Below, in pieces: positions 38,993-50,959 of a stretch of DNA of 64,000 nt. This DNA is from Eledone cirrhosa (lineage: Eukaryota). Numbering within the stretch: position 1 is the first letter of the stretch; each line of letters starts with the position of its first letter. The stretch is from contig OZ024744.1 of the NCBI GenBank assembly GCA_964016885.1, positions 39,556,001-39,620,000 of the forward strand. Reading direction: 5' to 3'. Below the pieces are notes generated by a model. That model saw only the letters and a program-made list of their open reading frames with translations, was not told the origin of the DNA and ran no database searches. A program made the translations under genes and the position numbers.

Positions 38993-40110
38993 CATCATCA
39001 TCACCGTTTTACGCCCGTTCTTCCACGCTAGCATGGGTTAGACGGGTTGTCCTGTTGTGTGCAGTGTCTGGTCGGCTGACCATGCCTTGCTCATACAGGA
39101 ACTGATCTGGCTTGATTTCTACAGCTGGATGCCCTTCCTAACACCAACCTCATTTACAGTGAGTGCTGGGTGCTTTTTCGTGGCGCCTACACGTCCACTT
39201 TACAGTGTGGGCTGGGTGCTTTTTTGCCGTGGCACCTCCACGACCACCTTGCGGTGGGGGGTGTGGGGGCATATTGTTTATATGCTTCAGCATGTACCCA
39301 TGGGAGGTCGGGTACTCTGTATTACTGCGTGACGCCAGAAGTCACGGTCGTGTGTCATTGTCTTTGAGAGGTGTAGTTGGGTAAGGTCGGCTTTTATCAC
39401 CTCATCCCAAGTCATCTTGGGTCTCCCCACTCCGCGGTTTCCATCAACTTCTAGTGCTCTGCACCTTTTTATGCAGCTGTCATCCTTCATACGCATCACA
39501 TGTCCATACCAGCGCAACCGCCTCTCCTGCACACAGCATTTGATTCCTCTTATGCTCAGTCTCTCTCTCAATTCATTTATGCTTTGTTGTTCACGTATAT
39601 TACTGTTACACATCCATCGGAGCATGCAGGCTTCGTTTCTCTCTAATCTACGTAAGTCTTCCACCTTCAGCGCCCAGGTCTCACTACCATGCAACATCGC
39701 TGTTCGGATACACGCATCATACAGTCTGCCTTTCATTCTGAGGGAGAAGCCTTTTGCAGCTAGCAGTGGTAGTAGTTCCCTAAACTTCTTCCATCCCGTT
39801 CTTACCCTAGTTATTGTACTTTCTGAACACCCACCTCCGTTGCTAATTCGGTCACCTAGGTAGCAGAAGCTGTCTACTGTTTCTACAGGGCCCTCCCAGA
39901 GATTGGTGGTACTTGTTTCCTGTGGCTGTTTGCTTGCTGTTTCAGCACAGCTGCTGCATGTGAATCCTACATTCTTAATTAAGCTTCCTGAGATCCCGCT
40001 ACATCTCTTGTGTACCCATTGTTTGCATTTGGGGCAGAGAATGGAGTTCCTACCTACACCTTTCCTACATACTGAGCAAGGCCATTTCCCTGAGGGGATC
40101 TGGGTTCTGT
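38993..40110 (-). mobile_element. 5'-truncated RTE LINE
   Basis: ORF 39287-39736 plus the PHD-like region and a (CAT) tail. Confidence 0.9.
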
Positions 40111-40799
40111 TTTATCCACAGATGCAAAACATTGGTTACATCATCAGGGTTGTATTCTGAAGTCTTTGGATGTTTCTGGTCTTACAATATACACCTTTAT
40201 ATAGGAGACCCAACAAAGATGATCAAACCTCTATCTGTGTCCAAACAACATACATACCACTGACCCCTACCATCTGGATGCCCTCTCTGCTGCTTTCACA
40301 TTGTTTGCAATGGCTCTCCTGCTTGCTCTCATAATGTCCAAAGTTCTGAACAATAGAAGAGAAGTACATTTTTAAACTGTTATATTGCCTGTGTCATGTT
40401 TTTTACTGTTATTATCGAGTCAATAGGTCAGTTAGGCAGGGTTATAGGGTTGAATATAACTCAACTCCATTCTTCAGAGCTGAAAACAGTTAGTATTAAA
40501 TTACTTATTTCTTGGTATTTACTAAAAGAACAATAAAATAAGTCTCAGTATTAATATATTCAAATTGTGTTTAAAAAACAGTCATCCTCCTTCTCAGGAA
40601 ACTAAACTTTCTTCTTCTTACCAAATATATGACACCTATATATTCTTGTAATTTAAAATCAAACAGCTGCACCAGAAAATGATAACATGAAACTAAATGT
40701 AATGAACCTGAGCTGTGATCTCTCAATAGAGAGAAATTGTCTACCAGGAGCAACACCCCAATCTCCAAGCTATGCACCCTATTAAAATTATTTCAGATA

Positions 40800-41640
40800 C
40801 CCTTCAGAGGAACCCCATTTCAACTGCTTATATTTGTGATTGTATTCTTTCAGTTATTGCTCAAGATTCATGACCATAGGTAAGGGTTGGCTTGAACACC
40901 AAATTGAAGATATTGAGTTTTGCTTTTACACATACCTCCCTTCTTCGGATGAAAGAGTGCCAAAGCTGGCACATTACTGCACCAGTTCATGCAATTCTTG
41001 CATTTAATTTAGTCTCCTACCTTCCATGAAAATTACCCCGAGATACTTCAACTTCTCCACATGCAGAATGCACTATGCAAGCTTTCTCAAAGGATAAATA
41101 TCACAGCACTGATTTTCATTCTTACCATGCAGCACTTGGCAGCAAACCTATCAAGAGATCACCTTTTGTTGAGTTAAGTAGTACTGTGTCATTTGAAAAT
41201 TCTAACTGACTGATCCTATCTCTGCCAATCTTCATATCACTTCCAATCTGACTGTGTATGTCAATCTTGTAGATGAAGATTACAAACAAGAGAGGTGACA
41301 ATAAATACTCTTGGCAGAGCTCACCACCCATATTTTAAACGATTTATCCAAACACTAGGGCATTCATATAAAGTCTTCAAGGCAAAAAGAAGTTGTTCAT
41401 CAATCCTTTTGTAGAACCTGTTGTGGAATGTGGTCATATGCCTTTTCAAGTCTACAAAACAAGAATACACCTCTTGCTGTACTCCTATGATTTTTCAAAA
41501 ACCTGCTGCAGTGTGAATATTTGGTTGGATGTGTTACATCCGAGTCAAAAACCACACTGTTCATCTGTTAGCTTGGACTTTGCCAGACACTGTGAGGCTT
41601 AACAAGGAGATACCTGTAGCAAGCAACTTTCCTTTGGCGC
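40800..41640 (-). mobile_element. Old degraded RTE-like RT fragment of a different family
   Basis: LLSPLLFVIF...LEFSNDTVLL (degenerate QG/ADD motifs) and a DLKRHMT remnant. Confidence 0.55.
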
Positions 41641-42797
41641 ATTGATAGGTTATTCGTACATGATTTGGCTAAGTCAGGCCAATCGTGAGCTGCGCACGGA
41701 TATGTATTTTCAACTTCCGCCTAAATTGAGATTTTCCTGCTAATTTCGATAAATTCTATCTCTTGTTGCTTCAACTGTGGAAAGGTAAACACTATTTTTT
41801 TTTTGTCCTTCAATTACTAACCAAATATGTAATGACAACAACATAACTGCAGCCTGGCCAACACCTCAGCCAGTTGACCGTACCTTCTAAACTTTTAATT
41901 TGTTTTGGCATGCCAACTCAACGCAGCTCAACCTTTGTAATTGGTTTGTAAATAAAATATGTAAAAACATTGTAAAGTCTTGTGATGCTATTTACCACAG
42001 CCAGCCTTTAAATGTGATATGGAAAGATTCCTTCCAGAGTTATTATCACAGCAGCAACAGAACCTGAGACTAGAGCCGAACCTCAATTCAACTTACATTT
42101 ATTGATATAACAAAACCATACCTTTCCTGCTACAACAAAATACATTATTATTATTATTATTGTCGTTGATATTATTATTACATGGCATAATATTATTTAA
42201 CAGCTAAACTGGTGACTATTAAATGTCTGCTATATTGTATTGGTGACCTTCTGTTGATACAAATACAAACATTAATATTATTATCATTATTTTATAATCT
42301 GTTAAAGTGGTGACTCGCCGTAGGAAATATTCCTCTAAAAAAAAAAAAATTAGCAGTATTTAAAAAAAAAAATCATGCAACCTTTCTTATTCATATTGTA
42401 TCAGCACACTATTTTAAAACTTTCTTGTTTAGATTGTGCTAACATGGCATGATGTTGTTTTCCTTCAATAAATTGATGAACCTGCTGTAGGAAACATTCC
42501 TTTAAAAAAAAAATTTGCAGTATTTCAAAAATTACAGCAGGAAAAATTTTTTTTTTCAAAATGGCTTCCATTAACAACATCAACAACTTCAACTTCCTCA
42601 ACAGCAGCAGCAACAACAACACTGGTTAATCACTACAATAAACCACACAGGAAAAATGTTTTCAAAACGACAACTTCGTCACCTTCAGCAGCAACTGATG
42701 CAACAGCACCAGCGATGTGGCAGCGTACTGCAACTACCGCACCTACCAATAGGAGGATCACAACTACAATTACGTCACCAATGACTACCAACAACAG

Positions 42798-42935
42798 CTT
42801 CAACCTCTTGCTTTCTTTTCAAAGCAATTAAAGCCCGCCGAATCCCGCTATAGCACTTTCAGCCGCGAACTGTTAGCCATTTTCCTGGTTGTCAAACACT
42901 TCTGGCATTCACTGGAAGGCCAACAATTTACGATC
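42798..42935 (+). mobile_element. Ty3/Gypsy RNase H fragment
   Basis: Translates to LQPLAFFSKQLKPAESRYSTFSRELLAIFLVVKHFWHSLEGQQFTI. Confidence 0.85.
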
Positions 42936-42965
42936 TTTAAGAATCTTTCCATATCACATTTAAAG

Positions 42966-43530
42966 GCTCCCACTTTAAATCTTGATATTGGTTAATTTTC
43001 TCCCTCTCCTTCTCTTGCACTCTCGTGTCAAATGGGCAGGCTACATCTACAATCAGGCACACTCTTTTTTCCTTGTCCAAAACCACCAGGTCAGGTCTAT
43101 TGTGTTCTAATTTCTTGTCCGTCTGTATCCTAAAATCCCACAGCACCTTCACCTGATTGTTTTCTATCACCGACTCTGGCTTATGCTCATACCACTTCTC
43201 AGAATGTGGTAAATTGTTTACTTTGCATAGGTGCCAGTGGATCACCCTGCCCATCACATCATGTCTCCAGCCTTTATAGTGAGTCTGGGCTAGGTGTTTA
43301 CACTCGGATACAATGTGAGCCACAGTCTCCTCTCTCTCTCCACAGATCCTACACAGTGGGCTAGCCTCCTCCTTGTAAATATGGTGTTTCACCTACTTCC
43401 TTCTGAGGGCCTGCTCTTGCGAAGCCATTAGCATTCCTTCTGTAGTCTTTTTCAGGTCTCCTCTTTTCAACCAGTTCCATGTCTGTGGATCTCTAAATTC
43501 AGTTTTCTCAAAGAAGGTACTATGAAGGGA

Positions 43531-43563
<33 letters not shown>

Positions 43564-43895
43564 GTTCTTTGAGTCTCAGTCATTGATGTTGGTTAACTGG
43601 AAAGTTTGTTGAAATGAATATCAAACCACTACCTGCAGCCTCAGATATTCAGGACGTATCGGAGGGTTCTTGCTGTTCCCAGCAAGCATGCCTTTTGAAG
43701 TGTTCCAAAAAGCGGGGCGGAACCAATTTTCTTTAACCATCCTTGGAAACTCTTTGAGATAGTCCCTAGTGTGCCTATGACAATCGGGACCACTTTGACT
43801 TCATAGCAGTTCCAAATCCTTTTAACCTCCCACTTTAAGTCCTGGTATCGGTTAATTTTCTCCCTCTCCTTCTCTTGCACTCTTGTGTCGAATGG
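42966..43895 (-). mobile_element. Two R4/Dong-like (restriction-like endonuclease) LINE 3' fragments
   Basis: CRIC..ETVAHIVSEC, RHD, RPD, IVDVACP, EKINxYQDL and PIVIGTLG motifs; the fragments are separated by (TAA)n. Confidence 0.85.
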
Positions 43896-44135
43896 ACTTA
43901 TCATTATTATTATTATTATTGAATGCCATGGTTGACGGAGGCTCGGCTCTGTAAGGTATAGTAATTTTTAACCATTAAAACAATTGTAAATTGTTTAAAA
44001 CTTGAACCAAATTGTTGATAAAGACACCCTCCTCCTCGTGAGAGGGGTCTTTCTGTCCGTTATTTGGCCCTTCGGGGTTAAATAACCAGTTATTGGGGTT
44101 TTGTACCCAAAATTTCATTTTAAACAAAAAACAAC

Positions 44136-45662
44136 ATGGCTACGAAAAAGAAATTTCATAGGTCACTCCCACTCATTCCGTCTTCTTCTTCCTCAATCAT
44201 CACTACAGCAGAGAGAAGATTGTCTCTCTCCCTCCCTTCTTTAAATGTGTCTCTCTCCCTCCCTTCTCTTTCGCAAGTGACGAAAGAAAAGAAAAGTCTC
44301 GTGCAAAGCGTGCAAGGTTTCTCCACGACGACGACGACAGCGACGAAACAGGTGTGCGGGAAATATGAAAACCCAGTTCATTCGTCTGACGTCAGGAATA
44401 ATAGCAGTAGCAGCCGTAATAACAACAGCAACAGTGACAATGAAAACAACAGTAGCAGCCGCAACAGCATCACCAGCAGCATAAACAACAACAGCATTAG
44501 CAGCAGCAACACCAACAACAACCACAGCAACAGCGGCGGAGGCAGTAGTCGTAGTACCTGCAGCAACAACAAAAGTACCAGCAGCTCTGACGACAACAAC
44601 AACAGCAGAGAAAAACCAATCTCATTTGCAGGTATTGCGAAAAACTTGGAAACAATCCTCATAACAAATGAGGAATTAGAGGAAGCGAAGAAGATGGTTA
44701 CAAAGAACGGACACCGAGCAATCTGCAAGGCAGCGGAAACATTTTTCGAAACCCAAGAGCACTGTACGGTCACGTACCGTACAGTAAGTACAAAATCCCG
44801 TAGGGTGGAAAGAGCCACAGAGGCCCAAATACAAAAAGCCTTGGGGTCTGTGTGGCAGCGGAAAACGCACATCACCCGAGGCAAGAAATATGCCACCGTA
44901 GACGTACTTTTTGCCACACCCCAGGAGGCAAAGGCCCAATCAGTAGTGACCCTAAGGAGCAAGGAAATGGTGTTGGTGCCCTCCTACTGCGGGCAAAAAA
45001 TTGTGAGGGTCAAACTGACCCACGTCCCTCCCGGAATGACCCCTTCTTGGCTGGCCGCGTCTGTCCTCGTCGGAATCGAGGACAAAACAACTGTACTGCA
45101 AGTACAGAAAAAAGTAAGAGAAGATTGGGTCGGCTCCTCCATTGAGATTCTAATCCAAACCAACCAGGAGTGCATCGAAGCTATCCCGGATGTGATAGAC
45201 TTCGATAACGGCACTCAACTGCCCATAAGTGTTGAGGGCAAATGCCCGAAATGCTTTCGCTGTGGATCGAAGACTCACCTCAGGGCCTTCTGCAACGAGA
45301 AGACCCTGAGAAAGGAGAAAACCCCCCTCCTTCCGAATCCGGCTCCACGGCTACCAGCAACAGGACAAGCGGCAACCAGGAACGATAGGTCCGTGGCACC
45401 CATACCCACTCCACGGAAATCAAAAACAGCAGCAGCAGTGGAAACATTAACAACAACAACAGCAATACCAAATGCAACTGCAACAGAGACTCCAGTGCAA
45501 ACATCACCAACAACAACAAGTGAAAGAGTGGAGCTGGTACCCCTCCCCGACCTCACAGAATCAGACATGGAGTGTGAGGTGGGAGAGGGATGGCAAAAGG
45601 TCGCAAGAAGGCACAAACGCAGAAGCAGCGCATCGTCGCCTTTGAAAAGGAGGAAGAAATGA
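44136..45662 (+). CDS. Tx1 ORF1 (gag-like, CCHC knuckle); probably continues after a frameshift to 46230
   Basis: CFRCGSKTHLRAFC knuckle; frame 1 is open from 45646 to 46230. Confidence 0.8.
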   Translation: MATKKKFHRSLPLIPSSSSSIITTAERRLSLSLPSLNVSLSLPSLSQVTKEKKSLVQSVQGFSTTTTTATKQVCGKYENPVHSSDVRNNSSSSRNNNSNSDNENNSSSRNSITSSINNNSISSSNTNNNHSNSGGGSSRSTCSNNKSTSSSDDNNNSREKPISFAGIAKNLETILITNEELEEAKKMVTKNGHRAICKAAETFFETQEHCTVTYRTVSTKSRRVERATEAQIQKALGSVWQRKTHITRGKKYATVDVLFATPQEAKAQSVVTLRSKEMVLVPSYCGQKIVRVKLTHVPPGMTPSWLAASVLVGIEDKTTVLQVQKKVREDWVGSSIEILIQTNQECIEAIPDVIDFDNGTQLPISVEGKCPKCFRCGSKTHLRAFCNEKTLRKEKTPLLPNPAPRLPATGQAATRNDRSVAPIPTPRKSKTAAAVETLTTTTAIPNATATETPVQTSPTTTSERVELVPLPDLTESDMECEVGEGWQKVARRHKRRSSASSPLKRRKK

Positions 45663-46265
45663 GAAAAGGGTAAAGTCTACTGCAAAGAGACCCACAGCAG
45701 CAACACCACCAACACCATCACCACCCACACCAGCACCACCATCACCACCGGCGACAACCCCAACGCCAACAACACCTTCAACACCACCACCACAAGCACC
45801 AACATCGCAAACACAACAACAAAACACACACACCCAGCAACAACGACAAGAAAATAGCAGAACCACACCCCACCCCCAGAAAAACAAATGCACGGCAATA
45901 AACACACACAACAAGAAACTAATGACTTACATAATTGAACACACAGACATTTCACAACAGGACTACATAATACCAGCACCAATCAAAACGCCAACTAACA
46001 TAAGACTGCTAAACATAGCACAGAAACAATACACAAACATTAAAACGAAATTCCCCAACGCAGTTGGTGATTTCAGGGACCTAGGAGGAACCATCAATCG
46101 AAGAGTATATTCAGACATTCTCTTAGAAGAGCCGACGACCAGCCGAAGGGACGATTCAACGGTCCCTTCACCAGACGATCAAGTGAAAAGGGATGTAAAA
46201 ACCATCCCTCCTCTACCAAAAGTACGGTAAGTGGTCTTTCCCATCTTTTCCACTCTATTTTAAAC

Positions 46266-49200
46266 ATGACCTCACTCAGAATAGGCAGCATAAATGCACG
46301 TGGCTTGGGGTCGTCATGGAAGCAGGGTCACCTGCTCAACGACCTCAGGTCACTAAACATAGATGTAGTGGCCATCAGCGAGACCAGAATCTCCGAAGCA
46401 CGGGCCTTCGCACCGATCTTCGGCGGCTACGATGTGTACGCATCTCCCAGCCGTCCTGGATCGGGTGGAGGAGTTGCTGTGCTTTTTCGGAGAGGTTTGG
46501 ATCTCGCCATACGGGCCATCTTCCTGGACCCAGAGGGTAAGCTGGTGGTGCTGGACGTGACCAGCGGAGACGGGCAAGCTTTCAGGCTAGTGGCCGTCTA
46601 TGCCCCGACAGGAGCAGGGCGGCCTGATTTCTTCCGGCGTCTGGAGACCTTTCTTGGAACGTCCCGCTCTTTAGTGTTAGTGGGCGACTGGAACGGGATC
46701 TTAGATGCACGCTGGGACTGTGTGGGATTAGCGGGTAGGGGTGGAGGGTGCAAGAGCCTCACCAACCTGCTCAGGCGTTTTGAACTGTCTGACAGGTACC
46801 GATTGGATTTCCCGAATGTGCCAATGTGGACTTGGACAAACTGTATAGGGTCATCCAGATCATATCTAGATAGAGTATTTTGTAGGGAAATAGATAGGTC
46901 TAGCATAGGCTGTCCACAATTCAAGATAGTCAGCTACACGGACCACAAATTCGTGATCTGTGTGCTTGACTTAGATAGGCTTCATAGACGAGGACCCGGC
47001 TACTGGAAGCTAAACGCGTCCTTACCAGCGCGCAAGGCCTACAGAGACCGGATTAGCCAACTAGTTAAGCGGGCGTTGACGGGGGCCATCGTCAACAACA
47101 AGTGGTGGTTTGCTCTGAAAAGAGCGATTAGAATAGAATCGATTAGGTTTAGTAAGGCTTTAGCAATAGAGAAAAATAGAGCAGAGGGAGAACTAGTTAG
47201 AAAATTAGATGAGGCGCTTAGCAAAGGCATTGCGACCGACGTGCTTGCGGCGAAATTGGCCCTTGACCAATTCTTCAATGCAAAGCACGAAGGCTGCGTT
47301 GTCAGAGCTAGGGTGCTTGCTCTCAGTCATGAGGGGATGAAAGCCGTTCAATGGGCCCGAGTGGCGGAGGCGCGTCGTGGCAACAAAGCCACGATCCGGT
47401 CTTTGGTGGACCACGACGGGCGCATGCTACTCGATCCCGGGCAAATGTGTGAAGCTTTTCAGCGACACTTCGCTCAGCTGTTCGGGGGCAGCGGTGGGCC
47501 GGGTAGAGGGATGGACTTTAGTGTCTACCTCGACGGACTGCCGCGGCTTTCGGCCACTGAGGCGAAGTGTTGCGAAAAGCCGATAACAGCCGCTGAAGTA
47601 AGGGAGGCAATGACTGGCTGCACAAGGGGTAAATCGCCTGGTTTGGATGGTCTGCCCTATGAACTTTACGTACAGATGCCAGACTTGTTCGGAGGCCTCT
47701 TGGCGGACGTCTACTGCAACTGGCAACAGAACGGGAGAATTCCCAGTTCTGTGAGCCGAGGAGCGGTGGCACTGCTGAGAAAGGATCCGAACAAGGGGGA
47801 TAACATAGACAATTTCCGGCCCATAACTCTGCTAAACACAGAGTTCAAGATTTTGGCCAAGGTGCTAGCAAAGAGGTTGGCGCTTGTTGTTGGTGGTCTG
47901 GTGGGAGAGGCGCAGACATGCGCCATTCCCGACAGATCCATCCACGACAACCTCCACCTCATGCGATACATCGTAGAGAGGGTAGCTAAGGAACCTGGCA
48001 CGGGTGGGCCCTTGATCAATTTAGATCAGTCGAAAGCTTTCGATAGGGTCGACCATCGTTACCTAGCGGCCGTCCTGAGGGCGGCTGGCTTTGGGCCCGT
48101 CTTCAGAGGCTGGATCGCTGCCATGCACAGCGACATCTGCTCTGTGGTGAGAGTGAACGGTCACCTGTCGGAACCGTTCAACATCATGCGCTCGGTCCAC
48201 CAAGGATGTCCCCTCTCGTTCCTCTTGTACGTATTTACTCTCGAGCCATTACTGCACAAACTGGAGACGTTGAGGGGAGTCCCGCGCGAACTAGGATGCG
48301 GAAGATCAGTGTCAGCATATGCGGACGATGTCACCGTAGTGGTGTCGAGCGCCAAACACATCGAGGCGATCGGCACTACACTAAGAGAATACGAAGCGGT
48401 GACAGGAGCAATGATCAACCAAGAAAAGTCAGTGGGCCTGCAGCTCGGCACCTGGAGAGGCAGGTCCAAGCCGTCCAACAGCGTCGTCGGACGCTGGACG
48501 GACGGACCGGTTAAATTGCTAGGGGTCTGGTTCGGTCCGGACCTCCAGACGGACAAAAACTGGGACGAGGTGACGAGCAGGGTGGCTTCTCTCACCCAGA
48601 AATGGGCCGAGAGGAAGCTATCCCTGAAAGGTCGAGCGGAGGTGGCTAACGCGTACATCGCGTCCGTCATCTACTACCGCCTGACCGTCGTACCTTGTCC
48701 TAAGCCCCGCCTGACTGCGCTGGAGCGTTTGCTCTTTCGCTTCTTGTGGAAGGGACGCGCTCCGATGGTCAGGCGGTCCATCTGTTGTCAACACCCGCTA
48801 CGTGGAGGGCTGGGCATGCCGTGGCTGATGATGCACAGGCACGCGCTCAGGCTACGACATCTCCACCTCTTCCTCGACGGTGATCAGGTGTGGTCGCCGT
48901 TTGCTAGGCGCGTGTTTCCCCAGCTCGTTTCCTTGACGAAGCTGCAGTCCTGGGTCAAGCGAAGACCGAGAGGGAGCGCCTGGAGACTGGAATGTCTTCA
49001 GGCGCTCACAGCCCTCGACCAATCGGGCAATGTGATCGGTGGAAACTCCACCTCGGAGTTCTATAGAGGATTAGTGGAGGGGAAGAGCGACGACGTACTT
49101 GGGGAAACTCTAGGCGTCGACGAAAATCAACTAGCCAATCTCTTCGGAAGAACTTTCGGGCCAGGGCCTATGGACAACTTCCAGAAATCTCTGGCCTGGC

Positions 49201-49685
49201 AGTGCTACCGAGGAGCCTTGCCAGTTCGGGATAAACTCTATAGGCATGGAGGTGCCGTCAGCCGGGCATGTCCGAGATGCGCGCAGGGCGACGAAACCGT
49301 CCTGCACGCACTCGTCCAGTGTCCGAAAATTGCTGACTTGTGGGTTTATGTCGAACACCTGCTGTCGCGTTTAGGATGGATCCGGCTATCATCTGAGTCC
49401 ATCGTGAGGATTGCCCCGCCCTCCTCCTTTAGCCGGGAAGGGCAGGCAGTTTTTATCTGTCTGGTGGCCATGGCGAAAGAGATAGTATGGTGGACACGTT
49501 TGAAAGGGCTGAAGACGAGCACTTACCTCTTCGGTGATGCTCTGATTGACTTTTTCAAATTTCATTTGAAAAGGAAAATCAGAGTAGAGAGGGAAGTGCT
49601 CTCTTCCCAGCATTTTGTTGAAAGATGGGTGAGAGAAGCAAGAATGGCCCGAGTGAATGGGCCTACTCTGAGTATATATCTGTAA
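46266..49685 (+). CDS. Tx1 ORF2: APE endonuclease + reverse transcriptase + C-terminal CCHC, 1139 aa, uninterrupted
   Basis: INARGL, SET, GDWN, YLDR, TDH; KSPGLDG, FRPITLLN, KAFDRV, QGCPLS, YADD; CPRC..ETVLHALVQC. Confidence 0.95.
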   Translation: MTSLRIGSINARGLGSSWKQGHLLNDLRSLNIDVVAISETRISEARAFAPIFGGYDVYASPSRPGSGGGVAVLFRRGLDLAIRAIFLDPEGKLVVLDVTSGDGQAFRLVAVYAPTGAGRPDFFRRLETFLGTSRSLVLVGDWNGILDARWDCVGLAGRGGGCKSLTNLLRRFELSDRYRLDFPNVPMWTWTNCIGSSRSYLDRVFCREIDRSSIGCPQFKIVSYTDHKFVICVLDLDRLHRRGPGYWKLNASLPARKAYRDRISQLVKRALTGAIVNNKWWFALKRAIRIESIRFSKALAIEKNRAEGELVRKLDEALSKGIATDVLAAKLALDQFFNAKHEGCVVRARVLALSHEGMKAVQWARVAEARRGNKATIRSLVDHDGRMLLDPGQMCEAFQRHFAQLFGGSGGPGRGMDFSVYLDGLPRLSATEAKCCEKPITAAEVREAMTGCTRGKSPGLDGLPYELYVQMPDLFGGLLADVYCNWQQNGRIPSSVSRGAVALLRKDPNKGDNIDNFRPITLLNTEFKILAKVLAKRLALVVGGLVGEAQTCAIPDRSIHDNLHLMRYIVERVAKEPGTGGPLINLDQSKAFDRVDHRYLAAVLRAAGFGPVFRGWIAAMHSDICSVVRVNGHLSEPFNIMRSVHQGCPLSFLLYVFTLEPLLHKLETLRGVPRELGCGRSVSAYADDVTVVVSSAKHIEAIGTTLREYEAVTGAMINQEKSVGLQLGTWRGRSKPSNSVVGRWTDGPVKLLGVWFGPDLQTDKNWDEVTSRVASLTQKWAERKLSLKGRAEVANAYIASVIYYRLTVVPCPKPRLTALERLLFRFLWKGRAPMVRRSICCQHPLRGGLGMPWLMMHRHALRLRHLHLFLDGDQVWSPFARRVFPQLVSLTKLQSWVKRRPRGSAWRLECLQALTALDQSGNVIGGNSTSEFYRGLVEGKSDDVLGETLGVDENQLANLFGRTFGPGPMDNFQKSLAWQCYRGALPVRDKLYRHGGAVSRACPRCAQGDETVLHALVQCPKIADLWVYVEHLLSRLGWIRLSSESIVRIAPPSSFSREGQAVFICLVAMAKEIVWWTRLKGLKTSTYLFGDALIDFFKFHLKRKIRVEREVLSSQHFVERWVREARMARVNGPTLSIYL

Positions 49686-49933
49686 ATTAAAGGTGGAAAA
49701 CTGGGAGAGGGCACTTGCCTTGGTGGTCAGGGTCATTGTGGCTTTTTACTGGGCTTTCTCCACAAATGTCCCTCCGAAGTCTCCCCCCTATTGGGGAATT
49801 TTTCATTGTTATTTTTTGTTACATCCTCTGTTTTTGTTTTTTACACGCAGAAATGCCCATTTGTACCGTCCTGCATTGTCCTGCACTGTCCTTAATGTCT
49901 ACTTTATGTAAACCCTTGTGGTTAATAAAGAAA

Positions 49934-49965
<32 letters not shown>

Positions 49966-50303
49966 GTCGTTGATATTATTATTACATGGCATAATATTAT
50001 TTAACAGCTAAACTGGTGACTATTAAATGTCTGCCATGTTGGTGACCCCTGTTGATACAGATACAAATACAATAATTATCAACATTATCAATCTCCTGCT
50101 AAATACCTATATAATTGGAGCAATCTTTCTTGTCTCCCGCTTTTCAAAATTGAGATTTTCTCTCCCAATTACCATTGCTTTGGTGCCTTTCCAGAGGTCA
50201 AGCCTATTCAGCACACACAAGTTAGTCAAAGAATACCTATTTGAGGGGCTTTTAACATTTATGACCTCCCGAGATGTCTTTCTGAAAATTAAAATTATAA
50301 TTA

Positions 50304-50346
<43 letters not shown>

Positions 50347-50351
50347 CAACC

Positions 50352-50385
<34 letters not shown>

Positions 50386-50438
50386 TCACCATCATCATCA
50401 CCACCACCATCATCATCATCATCATCACCACCACCACC

Positions 50439-50496
<58 letters not shown>

Positions 50497-50518
50497 CCAT
50501 CATCATCATCACCACCAC

Positions 50519-50550
<32 letters not shown>

Positions 50551-50578
50551 CAACCACCACTACCATCATCATCATCAT
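50304..50578. repeat. (CAT)n/(CAC)n microsatellite
   Basis: Directly visible. Confidence 0.95.
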
Positions 50579-50959
50579 TTAATGTTTACTTTCCTTGATA
50601 GCAAGGGTTGGACACGTTTTCACTGACTGTATCTGTATTAAAGTGAGACCACTGACCTACTTGTTTATTTATGGTTCTATATTCTACCAAATGCATTTTA
50701 TTGTGGCACTAGCATTCGAGAGGTTGTCAAGTCTTTCACACAACAGTGGAATCTTCCCAATTGATTGTTTGGCAAGCTTTCTATGGGTGGATGCCCTTCC
50801 TATCACCAACCACTTTACAGTGTGTATTGAGTACATTTATCATGTAGATCACCAACACCAGGGAGGTTATTATGTCCTTGATACACCACGAGGATCCACC
50901 CAACTCTTCAGAATCGGCAAAACATATAACAAACTATCATACTATATATTTGTTCCAGA

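Larger units (their letters stand above)
43921..49932 (+). mobile_element. Near-intact Tx1 (L1 group) LINE in a (TTA)n tract
   Basis: Two ORFs, AATAAA at 49924, and ATCATTATTATTATTATTATT on both sides (43900-43920; 49933-49953). Confidence 0.92.

Noticed and set aside
41640-41725. Promoter-like CCAAT / ACTTCCG motifs
   Set aside because: Short motifs with no associated exon evidence.
44025-44050. HDV-like ribozyme (TCCTCGT loop)
   Set aside because: P1, P2 and P3 could not be assembled; a simple GNRA hairpin explains the sequence.
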